Origin: Planctomycetota bacterium
GTDB taxonomy: Bacteria; Planctomycetota; SZUA-567; H5-PLA8
Assembly: GCA_045863855.1 (NCBI GenBank)
Contig: BTVV01000011.1
Location: 27,480 to 91,479 of the forward strand
DNA length: 64,000 nt
Direction: 5' to 3'
The notes under the pieces are model-generated. The model ran no database searches. It was not told the origin of the DNA and saw only the letters and a program-made list of their open reading frames with translations. The translations under genes were made by a program, and so were the position numbers. Below, one piece after another: positions 38,554 to 48,420 of the stretch. Numbering within the stretch: position 1 is the first letter of the stretch; each line of letters begins with the position of its first letter.

Positions 38554-40062
38554 ATGCCCGCTTCCGTTTCCGCACGTCCCGAGTCCGCGCTGCTCGAACA
38601 GCTCAAGAATCGCTGGAGCCGCGAGCCGCTGCAGCATTTCATCGACAACCGCTGGGTCGAGAATTCGACCCGCGAGACGTTCGAGGTCGTCAATCCGGCG
38701 ACCGAAGAGCGCTTGGCCGTCTGCGCATCGGGCGGAAAGGCCGAGATCGACCGCGCCGTGAGCGCCGCGCGCAAGGCGTTCGAGAGCGGCCCGTACCGCA
38801 AATGGAGCGGGCGCGACCGCGGGAAGTTCCTGCGCCGTTTGGCCGATCTGGTCGAGAAGCACGCCGAGGAGTTGGCCGCGCTGGAGTGCTTGAATAACGG
38901 CAAGCCGATTGCCGAACTGCGCGCCGTCGATTTGCCGATGACCGTCGAGGTGCTGCACTATTACTCCGGCTGGGCGGATAAGGTTCACGGCGAGACGATT
39001 CAGCCTCCGGGGAATTACTTCGTCTACACGCGCCGCGAGCCCATGGGCGTTTGCGGAAGCATCACCGCGTGGAATTTTCCGCTGCTGCTGACGTCCTGGA
39101 AATTCGGCCCCGCCATCGCCGGCGGCAATACGATGGTTCATAAGCCGCCGGAGCAGGCTCCGTTATCGTCGTTGCGATTCGCGGAACTGTGCCGCGAAGC
39201 GGGGCTGCCGGACGGCGTCTTCAACGTCGTGACCGGGCTGGGCGAGACGGCCGGCGAAGCGCTGACGCGCCATCCCGACGTGGACAAGGTCGGCTTCACC
39301 GGGCACTACCAGACCGGGCAGCTCGTGATGAAGGCCGCCGCCGAAAGCAATCTCAAGCGCGTCAGCCTGGAACTGGGCGGGAAGTCGCCCAACATCATTC
39401 TTGACGACGCGGATTTGGATCTGGCCGTACGCGGCACGCTCACGGGGATCTTCTTCAACCAAGGCGAAGTCTGCTGCGCCGGAAGCCGGCTCTTCCTGCC
39501 CAAGAAGCTGCACGATCCGTTCCTGGACCGCCTGGTCAGCGCGGCCAACGCGCGGAAGGTCGGCGACCCGCTGGATCCCAAGACCGAGCAGGGCGCGCAG
39601 ATTAGCCAGGAGCAGTTCGATAAGATTCTCGGCTACATCGAGAAGGGCAAGGCCGAAGGGGCGAAGTTGGCCTCCGGCGGCGCGCGCTGCGGCGAGCGCG
39701 GGTATTTCGTGCGGCCCACCATCTTCGACGGCGTGAAGGACGAGATGGCCATCGCGCGCGAAGAGATTTTCGGGCCGGTGATCTCGGTGCTGCCGTACGA
39801 GTCCCTCGACGAAGTGGCGCAGCGCGCCAATGCGACCTGCTACGGATTGGGCGCCGCCGTCTTTACGCAGAACGTGCAGAAAGCCCACCACCTTGCCGCG
39901 AAGCTCAAGAGCGGAACGGTTTGGATCAACTGCTACAACGCCTTCGACGCCAGCGTTCCCTTCGGCGGCTATAAGATGTCGGGCTTCGGCCGCGAGTTGG
40001 GTCAGCACGCGCTGGAACTGTATACGCAGGTCAAGGCCGTGTGGCTGAACCTTGGTCCGTGA
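38554..40062 (+). CDS. NAD(P)-dependent aldehyde dehydrogenase
   Basis: WNFP, LELGGKSP, NQGEVCCAGSR, EEIFGPV, PFGGYKMSG; GGAGG RBS. Confidence 0.96.
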   Translation: MPASVSARPESALLEQLKNRWSREPLQHFIDNRWVENSTRETFEVVNPATEERLAVCASGGKAEIDRAVSAARKAFESGPYRKWSGRDRGKFLRRLADLVEKHAEELAALECLNNGKPIAELRAVDLPMTVEVLHYYSGWADKVHGETIQPPGNYFVYTRREPMGVCGSITAWNFPLLLTSWKFGPAIAGGNTMVHKPPEQAPLSSLRFAELCREAGLPDGVFNVVTGLGETAGEALTRHPDVDKVGFTGHYQTGQLVMKAAAESNLKRVSLELGGKSPNIILDDADLDLAVRGTLTGIFFNQGEVCCAGSRLFLPKKLHDPFLDRLVSAANARKVGDPLDPKTEQGAQISQEQFDKILGYIEKGKAEGAKLASGGARCGERGYFVRPTIFDGVKDEMAIAREEIFGPVISVLPYESLDEVAQRANATCYGLGAAVFTQNVQKAHHLAAKLKSGTVWINCYNAFDASVPFGGYKMSGFGRELGQHALELYTQVKAVWLNLGP

Positions 40063-40084
40063 CCGCCGTCAGGCAGGCGGCAAG

Positions 40085-40127
40085 AACGAAAACGGACGCG
40101 GCCGATGCGGCCGCGCCCGTTTCGTTT
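40085..40127. terminator. Bidirectional terminator
   Basis: AAACGGACGCGGCC/GGCCGCGCCCGTTT imperfect stem between convergent genes. Confidence 0.7.
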
Positions 40128-40146
40128 CCGGCCGTATTCGCGTGCG

Positions 40147-40896
40147 CTATTCCATTAACTGGTGATCTTTCGCCGCTTCCACGCTGGGGAAGGGGAACTT
40201 GAAGATGTGGTCCTTCTCCAGTTTGTGGTGCTTGGAGAAGAGCACCACACTGACCTCGATCAGCTCCCGCTCCAAGCGCTCTTTGGGCGTGAGTTGCTCG
40301 GCGGGCAGTTGGAGGCGTTCCAGCCGCTGGGCCAGTGTCCGCACTTCACCGCTGAACGAGTCGTAGTGCATCTGCAGGTAGGCTTTGACCTTTATCTTGA
40401 AATCCTTGCGCAAGGAGGCCATGACCAGGTCCAGCTTTTCCTCGTTGGTGGTATTGGCCGGCGTGCGTTCGGCCAAGTGTGCGACTTCTTGAACAATGGC
40501 CTTGTCCATGTATTCGACCAAAGCCTGTTCCATTTCCCTTAAGGCGCGCTGCCCCTGCGACTGCAAGCTCTTCTCGAGCGAGTTGCGCGCGGTTCGCGGC
40601 ATATCGAGGAGCATTTCCTGGAGTTTGTTCCCCAGCGCCGGCGCCTCCGCGATCGTCTGCTTTTCCAACTCCTTGCGCCAAGTGGGCAACTGGCTTTCGA
40701 CGTACGTGCCGGCCTGTTGCGTGAGCATCTCGGCATTCAGCTTCGAGACGCTCGTATAAATCCAAGTCATATAACCGAAGACGAAAACCAGCAGAAAGAG
40801 CAGGATGCCCACTTTGCGCCGTTCGTTGCGCAATAGCCGCTCCTGGTCCTCTCGAATCTGCCGCGCCAGCTCCTGAATGGTCGTGGGTTCAGCCAT
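40147..40896 (-). CDS. Single-TM alpha-helical hypothetical protein (paralog B)
   Basis: TM VGILLFLLVFVFGYMTWIY followed by long amphipathic helices; overlaps the upstream paralog by 8 nt. Confidence 0.78.
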   Translation of the reverse strand: MAEPTTIQELARQIREDQERLLRNERRKVGILLFLLVFVFGYMTWIYTSVSKLNAEMLTQQAGTYVESQLPTWRKELEKQTIAEAPALGNKLQEMLLDMPRTARNSLEKSLQSQGQRALREMEQALVEYMDKAIVQEVAHLAERTPANTTNEEKLDLVMASLRKDFKIKVKAYLQMHYDSFSGEVRTLAQRLERLQLPAEQLTPKERLERELIEVSVVLFSKHHKLEKDHIFKFPFPSVEAAKDHQLME

Positions 40897-41629
40897 GGGA
40901 GGGGCCTCCTATTTCGTGCGCTTTCCCGGTGTCGACATCGGGGTGCATGAGGTGGAGGTCGAGCATGTTCAGCCACAAGTGGATGAAGTACCGGTTCAAT
41001 TCGTCCTGGCTGAAGCGCTCGAAACGATTGGGCCGGAATTTCTGGATGGAGCCTTCGAGCGTGCGCAATTCGCGTACGTAGCTGGTCTCGAAATCGACCA
41101 GGATGTCGTCGATGTCCCTGCGCAAGGCTTCTTCGTTGCGCTTTCTAAAGGTTTCCTGCGTGACGGGATCGGTCAGTTTCGGAAAGTGATTCGTGAGCGT
41201 CTCCAATTGGCGGTTGTGGATGCGCGTGAGCAAGCCGCGCAGTTGCTGGTCGGTTTCGGTGGTCAGCGTGCGCGCAAACGTGTTCCATTCTTCCTGCACG
41301 GCGCGGTCGAACTGGGGCTGCACCGCGTCGAACTTTTCCTGCGCGATACGGCCCAGTTCGGGCCCCACCGATTCGACGTAATTTTGCAGCGCGTTTCGCG
41401 CCAAAGGCGCAAGCCGTTCCGATTCGGCTTTCAGCGGCTGCTCGAAATTACGCGGGTGGTACATGTCGCTGGCCTTGAGGTACAGGGCCGCGAGAAAAAC
41501 CAGAATCACGCCGGCGAGCATGACGGTGAGCCAGGCTCGCGCGCGGCTCAAGTATTCCGCTTTGCGCCGGTTCTCGAGGTACGACAAGCGTATCTCTTCC
41601 AGCAGCTTGGCGTCGGCAGGATCGGACAT
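40889..41629 (-). CDS. Single-TM alpha-helical hypothetical protein (paralog A)
   Basis: GGAGG RBS; TM WLTVMLAGVILVFLAALYL followed by amphipathic helices. Confidence 0.78.
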   Translation of the reverse strand: MSDPADAKLLEEIRLSYLENRRKAEYLSRARAWLTVMLAGVILVFLAALYLKASDMYHPRNFEQPLKAESERLAPLARNALQNYVESVGPELGRIAQEKFDAVQPQFDRAVQEEWNTFARTLTTETDQQLRGLLTRIHNRQLETLTNHFPKLTDPVTQETFRKRNEEALRRDIDDILVDFETSYVRELRTLEGSIQKFRPNRFERFSQDELNRYFIHLWLNMLDLHLMHPDVDTGKAHEIGGPSHG

Positions 41630-41911
41630 GAATCGTTGTCCTCCGCGGAGTTAAACGGTGGTTGCGTGCGCGGTCACCGTCCGGATCCGCGCAGGCAAAC
41701 GATAGAGCACGTTGGCTGAGCCAAGGCTCGTTGGTTTACGTCATCGTAATGAGTTTGTGCAATTCGTATGCCGGGACGTATTGGAGCATTTCGCGGCAAT
41801 TTAAAAAGCTTCCCCGTGTTTAACACACCGAGTAGAGCCATGAGCCCGCACGGGACGCGTTTTGCTTCGCTGTATTTGGACGCAAATTGTCGGCTGGGCA
41901 AGCACATGTGC

Positions 41912-41944
41912 TTCTGGGCCGGAGCGATGAACTCCGGCCCAGAA
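41912..41944 (-). terminator. Hairpin downstream of the bactofilin gene
   Basis: 13-bp stem TTCTGGGCCGGAG/CTCCGGCCCAGAA; no clear U tail. Confidence 0.55.
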
Positions 41945-41964
41945 CCGCCGCATTGAGAAGGAGA

Positions 41965-42411
41965 TTAGCCGTTTCCGTTGCTGCCAACGGCTTCCGCGAT
42001 GGGCACTTCCACCGGCCGCGAAGACAATCGCGCCGCAACCGGAGCGGGCATCTCGAACGCTTTGCGTCCCGTGCCCTTGGGGGCGACGCGGACCTGGCCC
42101 TCGAAGAATGCGCCTTCTTCGATGGAGAGTTCCTGGGTGCGCAATTCGGCCTGGACGTGCGCGCCGCTGGCGAGTTCGGTGCGTACCGCATCGACCTGGC
42201 CGTCGAGCTGGCCTTCGATCACCAGTAGTCCGGCTTCGACGTCGCCGCTGATCTTGCCCGTCGCGCCCAGCATCACGCGGCCTTGGGTGCGGATCTGGCC
42301 TTCGACCGTACCGTCCACCCGAATGCCGCGCTCGACCGTCAATTCGCCTTTGATCGTGACGTCGTTGCCGATGACCGTGGCGCATTCCGAACTCAACGCT
42401 TGCTCCGACAT
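41965..42411 (-). CDS. Bactofilin (polymer-forming cytoskeletal protein)
   Basis: TVIGNDVTIKGEL...IRVDGTVEGQI...LSIEEGAFFEG; GGAGG RBS before the ATG at 42411. Confidence 0.93.
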   Translation of the reverse strand: MSEQALSSECATVIGNDVTIKGELTVERGIRVDGTVEGQIRTQGRVMLGATGKISGDVEAGLLVIEGQLDGQVDAVRTELASGAHVQAELRTQELSIEEGAFFEGQVRVAPKGTGRKAFEMPAPVAARLSSRPVEVPIAEAVGSNGNG

Positions 42412-42777
42412 GTTTGCCTCCCGCCGCCTTACCCGCGGCTGTACGCGATCCACTCCCCCACAACGATTCGTAGGCCGCCCCAAGACTCTCACGAGGCGGC
42501 TTTCTTCGTATCGGCAGCACGTGGTTTGAAGCTTTAGCGGAATCCCTAAATTAGAACGTTGGGCCTGGAACCGTAAAAGCATGTGATAGTTGAAGATAGG
42601 AGAATTGCTGAAACCCGAATGCACAGTGCGTAAATTAGTCGCTGAAAAGTGCCTTTTGATGCAACATGGGCATTTGGTGCACGTCATGCAAGAGAACCTT
42701 TGCGGGCGCCAAGCCGATCACGTTATTTGGTTCCCTAAAAGGATTTACGTGTTAAGGGCCGTGGAGCACGCCGGAGC

Positions 42778-45700
42778 ATGTCCGCTTCTTCTCGAAAATC
42801 GCGCGCTTTGGAGGGTGGCGATGAGCCCGTAAAGGGTTTCTCCGAACTGGCCGTGGAGCGGGGGTATTGCACGCCGCAGCAGATCGTCGAGGCGATGCGC
42901 GAACGCAACCGGCTCGCCGACCAAGGCCAGCGCAAGGAAGTGCCGGAGATACTTCACGAAAAGGGCGTGCTGACGAAAGAGCAAGTTCGCGCCTTGGAAC
43001 GTGCGGTGCGTGGCGCGACGGTGATCGCGGGATTCGAGATTCTCGAAAAGGTCGGTCAGGGCGGCATGGGCGCGGTCTTCCGCGCGCGGCAGATCGCCAT
43101 GGACCGTCTGGTGGCGTTGAAGATCCTGCCGCCCAAGCTGGCGAAGGATCCTTCGTTCAAAGAGCGCTTCCTGCGCGAAGCGCGCTTGAGCGCCAAGCTG
43201 AACCACCTCAACATCATCAGCGGGATCGAGTGCGGCGAGTCCGGCGGGTACATGTACTTCGCCATGGAGTTCGTCGAAGGTAAGTCGGTGCAGCGGATGC
43301 TGGAAAAGAAGGGCGGCCCGCTGGCGCTCGACGAAGCGACCAGGATCATCCGCCAGATCGCCGAGGCGTTGCAATACGCCAACCGGCACGGGCTCGTGCA
43401 CCGCGATCTGAAGCCGGACAACATCATGGTGACGACGCAGGGCGTCGCGAAGCTGTGCGACCTGGGTCTGGCCAAGCTGGACCAGCGCCGGCAAAGCGAC
43501 GACGCGTCGCTGACGCAGACGGGCGTAGCTGTGGGCACGCCGCACTACATCTCGCCCGAACAAGCGCGCGGCGAGAGCAAGGTGGACATCCGCAGCGACA
43601 TTTATTCGCTGGGCGCGACGTTTTTTCACATGATCGTCGGGAAGGTTCCGTTTACCGGCGAGACCGCGCAGGCGATCATGATGAAGCACCTGATGGAAGA
43701 AGCGCCGAGCGTCTGTGACCACAATCCCGAGGTTTCCGAAGCGATGGGCTTCGTTGTGGCCAAGATGATGGCCAAGGACGCCGCGGACCGCTACGAGTGT
43801 CCCGAAGACCTGATCGCCGATCTGGACGCGCTGATGCGCGAGGAGCCGGTCGCGGCGCTGGACTTTAAGGGCAAGACGTCCTGCGCGACACCCAAACGCG
43901 GCGGGCGCAAGCGTGTGGTCACCAGTTCGGGCGCGCGGGCGGGCGGCGGCGGCGTGGGGCGGCGGGCCAGTTCGGAATTTCTCTCTCCGGTTTCGGCCGA
44001 CCGGACGCGCAGTCCGTCGCTGAACGCGCCGCGGCGCGAGAGCGTGCCCACGGGCGCGTTCCTGGGCGGCGGCGTGCTCCTGATCGGCGTGTTGATCCTG
44101 ATGATGTCGGGCGGCGGGGGTTCCAATCCGCGTCCGTCATCGCGTCCGGCGCCGAACACGGCCTACGATCCGATCAAGCCGCCGCAGCCGGTCCGCGCTC
44201 CGGTGGTGGCCGAAGCCGCCAAGACGGTGGCAACCGGGGCCAGTCCGGACGCCGTGGACCCGGAGGCCGATCCGATCGCCGCTGCGTTGGGCATGCCTGG
44301 CGAGCCGCGCGAGCCGGACGATACGGCGGTCCCGGCGCCCGCCGATCCCGCGGCCCCGACGCCGGCACGGCCCAAGCCGGTGGACCGTGCGTCCATCGAC
44401 CGCGCGTACAACGCCTTCGCCGAAGCGGCGCTCCAAGAAGCCATGGGCCTGGAGCTTTCCGCGGCGCTCGAGAAAGCCCGCGCTCTGGCGCAGCAGGAAG
44501 CCTATCTCCCGGCGGCCGAACCCATCGCGGCGGAGTTAACCGACTGGTCCGAAGGCGCGGCGTTCGAGCGTTCGGCGCTGGAAGCATTGGCGGCGGGCAA
44601 AGTGCCGGTTCGCATTGTGGCGAGCGAAGGGCAAGCCAAAGCGTTGAACAACATGACCCTTCCGGTTTCGAGGCTGCTGCCTGGCGGGGGTGTCGAAGTG
44701 CTGATGGATAAGGCGGGCATGCCGGTGCCGGCGGCGGGTTTGGATCCTCTGAGCGTGGTCGACGGCTCGAAGCTTTCGGGGCCGCCGGCCGGCCGCGTGC
44801 AATACCTGCTGGCGCGCGGCGCGTTGGATCAGGCGCGGGCCGATCTGCCGCTGATTCCGGTCGATCGCCGCGACCGCTATGCGCGCCGCATCCAGCGCGC
44901 CGAGCCGCTGGTAGCCGCGCGCAAGACCGTGGAAACCGCGCAGGCGCCCGAACCGGCCGCGCCCACTCCCACACCGGCTCGTCCGCTACCGGTCGTGGCT
45001 CAAAAGCCCATCCCGCAGGGCACGACCTTCGACGACGTGTCGCGCGACGGCGGCTTCGGCGCGGCGCTGCGTAACAACGACCGCGGCAGCCAATGGTGGG
45101 GCACCGGAGTGGCCTCCGGCGATTTGAACGGCGATGGGCGCATGGATCTTGTCATGGGCTACGAGCGCAGCGATGAAGGGAGTTCGTACGTCCGGGCCTT
45201 GTTGAATCTGCCCGACGGGTTGCGCGAGATTACCCAGGATCTTGGTCTCGGATCGTTCCATTCCCGGACCGTGCACATGGCCGATTTGGATCAGGACGGC
45301 CATCTCGACCTGGCTTTCAATGCCTCCGATGGCGTGCGTGTCTATCGCAACGGAGGGCCGCCGAATTTTCGGATGCAGGAAGTGCGTGGTGGACGGTTGC
45401 CGATCGAGAATCCCGAAGGCTCCCTGGTCCTCGATTACAACGGCGACGGCCGGCCCGACCTGCTGGTGGCAGGGAACTGGCTTTCGCTCTTCGCGGCGGG
45501 CGATCCCCCGCAGGACGTCTCGGACCGTGTGAACCTGGGACGCCGCGGCTTCGGAACCGGCAATGGGGCTTTCCTTACCGCCATTGACCTGAACAACGAT
45601 TCCTTCACCGATTTTCTGTACTGCCTCGACGCTCCGGGCGTGGTAGGGCTCAATGAGGGCGGGCAGCGCTTTCGGCTGATGACGGACAGCGGTTTGTCGT

Positions 45701-47250
45701 TCGCGGATGACGGCGACCTGAAGCCTGGGCTGGCGGCAGGCGACGTGAACAACGACGGATGGGCGGACGTGGTCGTGCCTCAGGCGAATGGAGTGCGCCT
45801 GTTTTTGAATAACGGCCGCGGACAGTTTAGCGATGCGACCGCGGCTTCAGGCGACCTGGCTTCGAAGAGCGGTCCGCACAGGACCGTGGCGTTGGCCGAT
45901 TTCGACCTGGACGGCGATCTTGACCTGCTGGCATCGCCGCAAGAAAGCGGTGTGGACATTTTTCTGAACGACGGACAAGGCCGCTTTGCCAATGCTTCCG
46001 CTCAAATGGGCGAGACGTTCGGGCGTTCGTACGGCATCTCGTACCTTTCCACCGCTGACCTGAACGACGACGGCGTGCCGGATGTGTTGGCCAACCGGCG
46101 CACCCGTTCGGGTGCGCGGCTGTGGCTGAATCGCCGCGCGCCTCTGCCCGAAGCTCTGCCCCTGCGCGTGCGTTTCGTCACGGCGGGAATGCCGACGCCC
46201 GTGGGCGCGCGCGTGGTTATCAAAGATGCGTGGCAGCGTACCCAGACGCGCTGGGTGTCCGGCGGCGACGGCCGAGGCGGGCAGGAGGGCGGGGAACTCC
46301 TCTTCGGCGTGCCCCAAGGTACGATCGAAGTAATCGTGGTTTATCCGGGCGGATCGACCGTGAAGGGGCAGGCCAAGGCCGATGCGCCGGGCGGTTCCAT
46401 CGTGTACGTCTCGCCGCGCGGCATCGAGTCGCGCAAGCCCGCACCCGCCGTCAGCGTGGCCACGGTTCAACCCGTGCGCCCGGCGGTTCCCGATCCGCAA
46501 GGCGTCGCGCCACCCGCGGTTCCTGCTGCCGCCGCGGCCGAAAAGACCGATCTGACCAAGCTCTTCGGCGTGAAGCCGAACATGCGGCCCGACGGTTCGG
46601 CCGATTTTATCTGGATCTCCAACGAGCAATCGCGCCAAGCTTTCCATCACGCATGGGCGATTGACGATCCTGCGGGGCGCGCGTCGGGTAATCTGCTGCT
46701 GCCGCGGCCGCAGAACGGCGCGCTGATCGGGTTCCGCGGCTTTAACAACGAGATCTGGAACGGGCAGCGCAACAACACCATCGTGCTTACCACCAGGAAC
46801 GCCAAGCCGACGCGCTTCCGGCTGGAAGTCGCTTACGCCGTGGGACCGGGTTCGACGAATAGCTTCTCGGCGGGCATCGGCATGTGGGACGGCGACACGA
46901 AGGTGCTGGTCTTCGGCCCGCACGAGTCGCGCGAAGGGCACCTGGCGGTTTGGGGGCAGGAACCGGACACCAATGCCAGCTTCAGCCGCCGTTACCTTTC
47001 GACCATCAACAAAAAGGAAGGCCAGTTGGCGGTCGAAGCGGACGGAAATAACAACAAATTCTACTATCGCGATTTGAACGTGAAGGGCGACGAAGGCTGG
47101 GTCCAGATCGAATCGCGGACGCACCGGGGCGATTTGAGTCCGGCCATTTTGCCGATGACCTGGCAGGACGGACGGATCGAGATGTACCTGTATGCCGTCC
47201 GTCTGATCGTGCGCGCGGACGACCCCTTGCTGAATGCCGCGGGAAAATAA
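42778..47250 (+). CDS. Receptor-type Ser/Thr kinase with extracytoplasmic FG-GAP/VCBS repeats and an ASPIC/UnbV-like segment
   Basis: GQGGMG, VALK, HRDLKPDN, DLG, GTPHYISPEQ; TM FLGGGVLLIGVLILMM; seven DxxxDGxxD-type repeats; PVGARV...SGGDGRGGQ...LLFG. Confidence 0.93.
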   Translation: MSASSRKSRALEGGDEPVKGFSELAVERGYCTPQQIVEAMRERNRLADQGQRKEVPEILHEKGVLTKEQVRALERAVRGATVIAGFEILEKVGQGGMGAVFRARQIAMDRLVALKILPPKLAKDPSFKERFLREARLSAKLNHLNIISGIECGESGGYMYFAMEFVEGKSVQRMLEKKGGPLALDEATRIIRQIAEALQYANRHGLVHRDLKPDNIMVTTQGVAKLCDLGLAKLDQRRQSDDASLTQTGVAVGTPHYISPEQARGESKVDIRSDIYSLGATFFHMIVGKVPFTGETAQAIMMKHLMEEAPSVCDHNPEVSEAMGFVVAKMMAKDAADRYECPEDLIADLDALMREEPVAALDFKGKTSCATPKRGGRKRVVTSSGARAGGGGVGRRASSEFLSPVSADRTRSPSLNAPRRESVPTGAFLGGGVLLIGVLILMMSGGGGSNPRPSSRPAPNTAYDPIKPPQPVRAPVVAEAAKTVATGASPDAVDPEADPIAAALGMPGEPREPDDTAVPAPADPAAPTPARPKPVDRASIDRAYNAFAEAALQEAMGLELSAALEKARALAQQEAYLPAAEPIAAELTDWSEGAAFERSALEALAAGKVPVRIVASEGQAKALNNMTLPVSRLLPGGGVEVLMDKAGMPVPAAGLDPLSVVDGSKLSGPPAGRVQYLLARGALDQARADLPLIPVDRRDRYARRIQRAEPLVAARKTVETAQAPEPAAPTPTPARPLPVVAQKPIPQGTTFDDVSRDGGFGAALRNNDRGSQWWGTGVASGDLNGDGRMDLVMGYERSDEGSSYVRALLNLPDGLREITQDLGLGSFHSRTVHMADLDQDGHLDLAFNASDGVRVYRNGGPPNFRMQEVRGGRLPIENPEGSLVLDYNGDGRPDLLVAGNWLSLFAAGDPPQDVSDRVNLGRRGFGTGNGAFLTAIDLNNDSFTDFLYCLDAPGVVGLNEGGQRFRLMTDSGLSFADDGDLKPGLAAGDVNNDGWADVVVPQANGVRLFLNNGRGQFSDATAASGDLASKSGPHRTVALADFDLDGDLDLLASPQESGVDIFLNDGQGRFANASAQMGETFGRSYGISYLSTADLNDDGVPDVLANRRTRSGARLWLNRRAPLPEALPLRVRFVTAGMPTPVGARVVIKDAWQRTQTRWVSGGDGRGGQEGGELLFGVPQGTIEVIVVYPGGSTVKGQAKADAPGGSIVYVSPRGIESRKPAPAVSVATVQPVRPAVPDPQGVAPPAVPAAAAAEKTDLTKLFGVKPNMRPDGSADFIWISNEQSRQAFHHAWAIDDPAGRASGNLLLPRPQNGALIGFRGFNNEIWNGQRNNTIVLTTRNAKPTRFRLEVAYAVGPGSTNSFSAGIGMWDGDTKVLVFGPHESREGHLAVWGQEPDTNASFSRRYLSTINKKEGQLAVEADGNNNKFYYRDLNVKGDEGWVQIESRTHRGDLSPAILPMTWQDGRIEMYLYAVRLIVRADDPLLNAAGK

Positions 47251-47257
47251 ACCGGCT

Positions 47258-48403
47258 TCACGCGCCTCGATACAACGCGCGATGTCCTTCCAGAAAGCGC
47301 TCTCGCGTGAAGCGCTCCTGCACCGTCCCGCGCCCCGCCATCCCCAGGCGTTTGCGCAATTCGGCGTCGGCGAGGAGCCGCTCCAGGGCCACCGCGAGCG
47401 CCGCGTCGTCCTGAGGCGGAACGAGCAACCCCGTCTCGCCGTGCTGGACGACATCGCGTGAACCCATCACGTCGGTGGCGACCACCGGCACGCCCCAGGC
47501 CAGCGCTTCCAGCAGCACGTAAGGCAGCCCTTCGTAGAGACTCGAAAGGGCCAGCACGTCGAAGGCGGGATAGCGCGCCTCGGCTTCCTCCACGTGTCCC
47601 ATGATGCGCATGCGATCGCGCGGGAGCCCCAGCGCTTGAGCTTGGCTGCGCACTTCGGATTCCAACGGGCCGCCGCCCAGCAGCACGAAGACCGCGTCGG
47701 CGCGCGCGTTCAGGATGCGCTGAGCGGCTTTGAGGAACGTTCCGACGCCCTTCTGCGGCGCGAGGCGCGCGACCATGCCAATGGCGAGTTGATCGGGCCC
47801 AAGGCCCAGCTTGGCGCGTTCGGCCAGAATCCGAGCCCGGTCGGGCAGGGGAGGCAGACGCACGCCGTTGGGAATCACCGTCAGCTTGGCTTCCGCCGCG
47901 ACCTTATAACGCAGCGCCGCTTCGCGCTGCCCGGCGCCGACGCAGATCAGGCGGTGACAGCGTTCGGCGGCGAAGCGTTCGAGGCCCAAGTACAACGCGG
48001 ACGCCAGGCCGCCCGACCAGAGGAACGGAAAAATGTGCGGCGTATGAATAATGCGCGGAACGCCGCACGCATGCGCGGCCAGACGTCCCAAAAAGCCTGC
48101 TTTGGCCGAATGCGTGTGCACCACCTGCGGCGCAAGGTGGCGCAAGCGGCGCTTGAGGACGCGGTACGCGGCCCAATCCCGGTTGGGGTGCAGCGCGCGC
48201 GCCAGTTCGGGGAGCACCTCCGCCCGCACACCGGCGGCGCGCCAGCGTTCGAGTTCCGCGCCAAAGCCCGGTTCGCCGCGGTCGCCTAAGAGCGCGTGGA
48301 TCTCGAAGCCTTCGCCCGGCTGCGCGAAACAATCGATCAGTTCGCGCAGGTGCTTGCGCACGCCGCCTTCGGTCGCTTCGGCCACGTAACAGAGCTTGAG
48401 CAT
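47258..48403 (-). CDS. Glycosyltransferase family 4
   Basis: GGV, VHTHSAKAG, IPNGV, ARLAPQKG, SLYEGLPYVLLEA. Confidence 0.92.
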   Translation of the reverse strand: MLKLCYVAEATEGGVRKHLRELIDCFAQPGEGFEIHALLGDRGEPGFGAELERWRAAGVRAEVLPELARALHPNRDWAAYRVLKRRLRHLAPQVVHTHSAKAGFLGRLAAHACGVPRIIHTPHIFPFLWSGGLASALYLGLERFAAERCHRLICVGAGQREAALRYKVAAEAKLTVIPNGVRLPPLPDRARILAERAKLGLGPDQLAIGMVARLAPQKGVGTFLKAAQRILNARADAVFVLLGGGPLESEVRSQAQALGLPRDRMRIMGHVEEAEARYPAFDVLALSSLYEGLPYVLLEALAWGVPVVATDVMGSRDVVQHGETGLLVPPQDDAALAVALERLLADAELRKRLGMAGRGTVQERFTRERFLEGHRALYRGA

Positions 48404-48420
48404 GAGCCCGTCCGGAACGG

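Noticed and set aside
39292..39320. FTGHYQTG in place of FTGSTxVG in the aldehyde dehydrogenase
   Set aside because: The catalytic Cys and Glu motifs are intact, so this is probably ordinary family variation.
41630..41964. Operon of bactofilin with the helical pair
   Set aside because: A 335-bp gap with a strong hairpin right after bactofilin gives no support for co-transcription.
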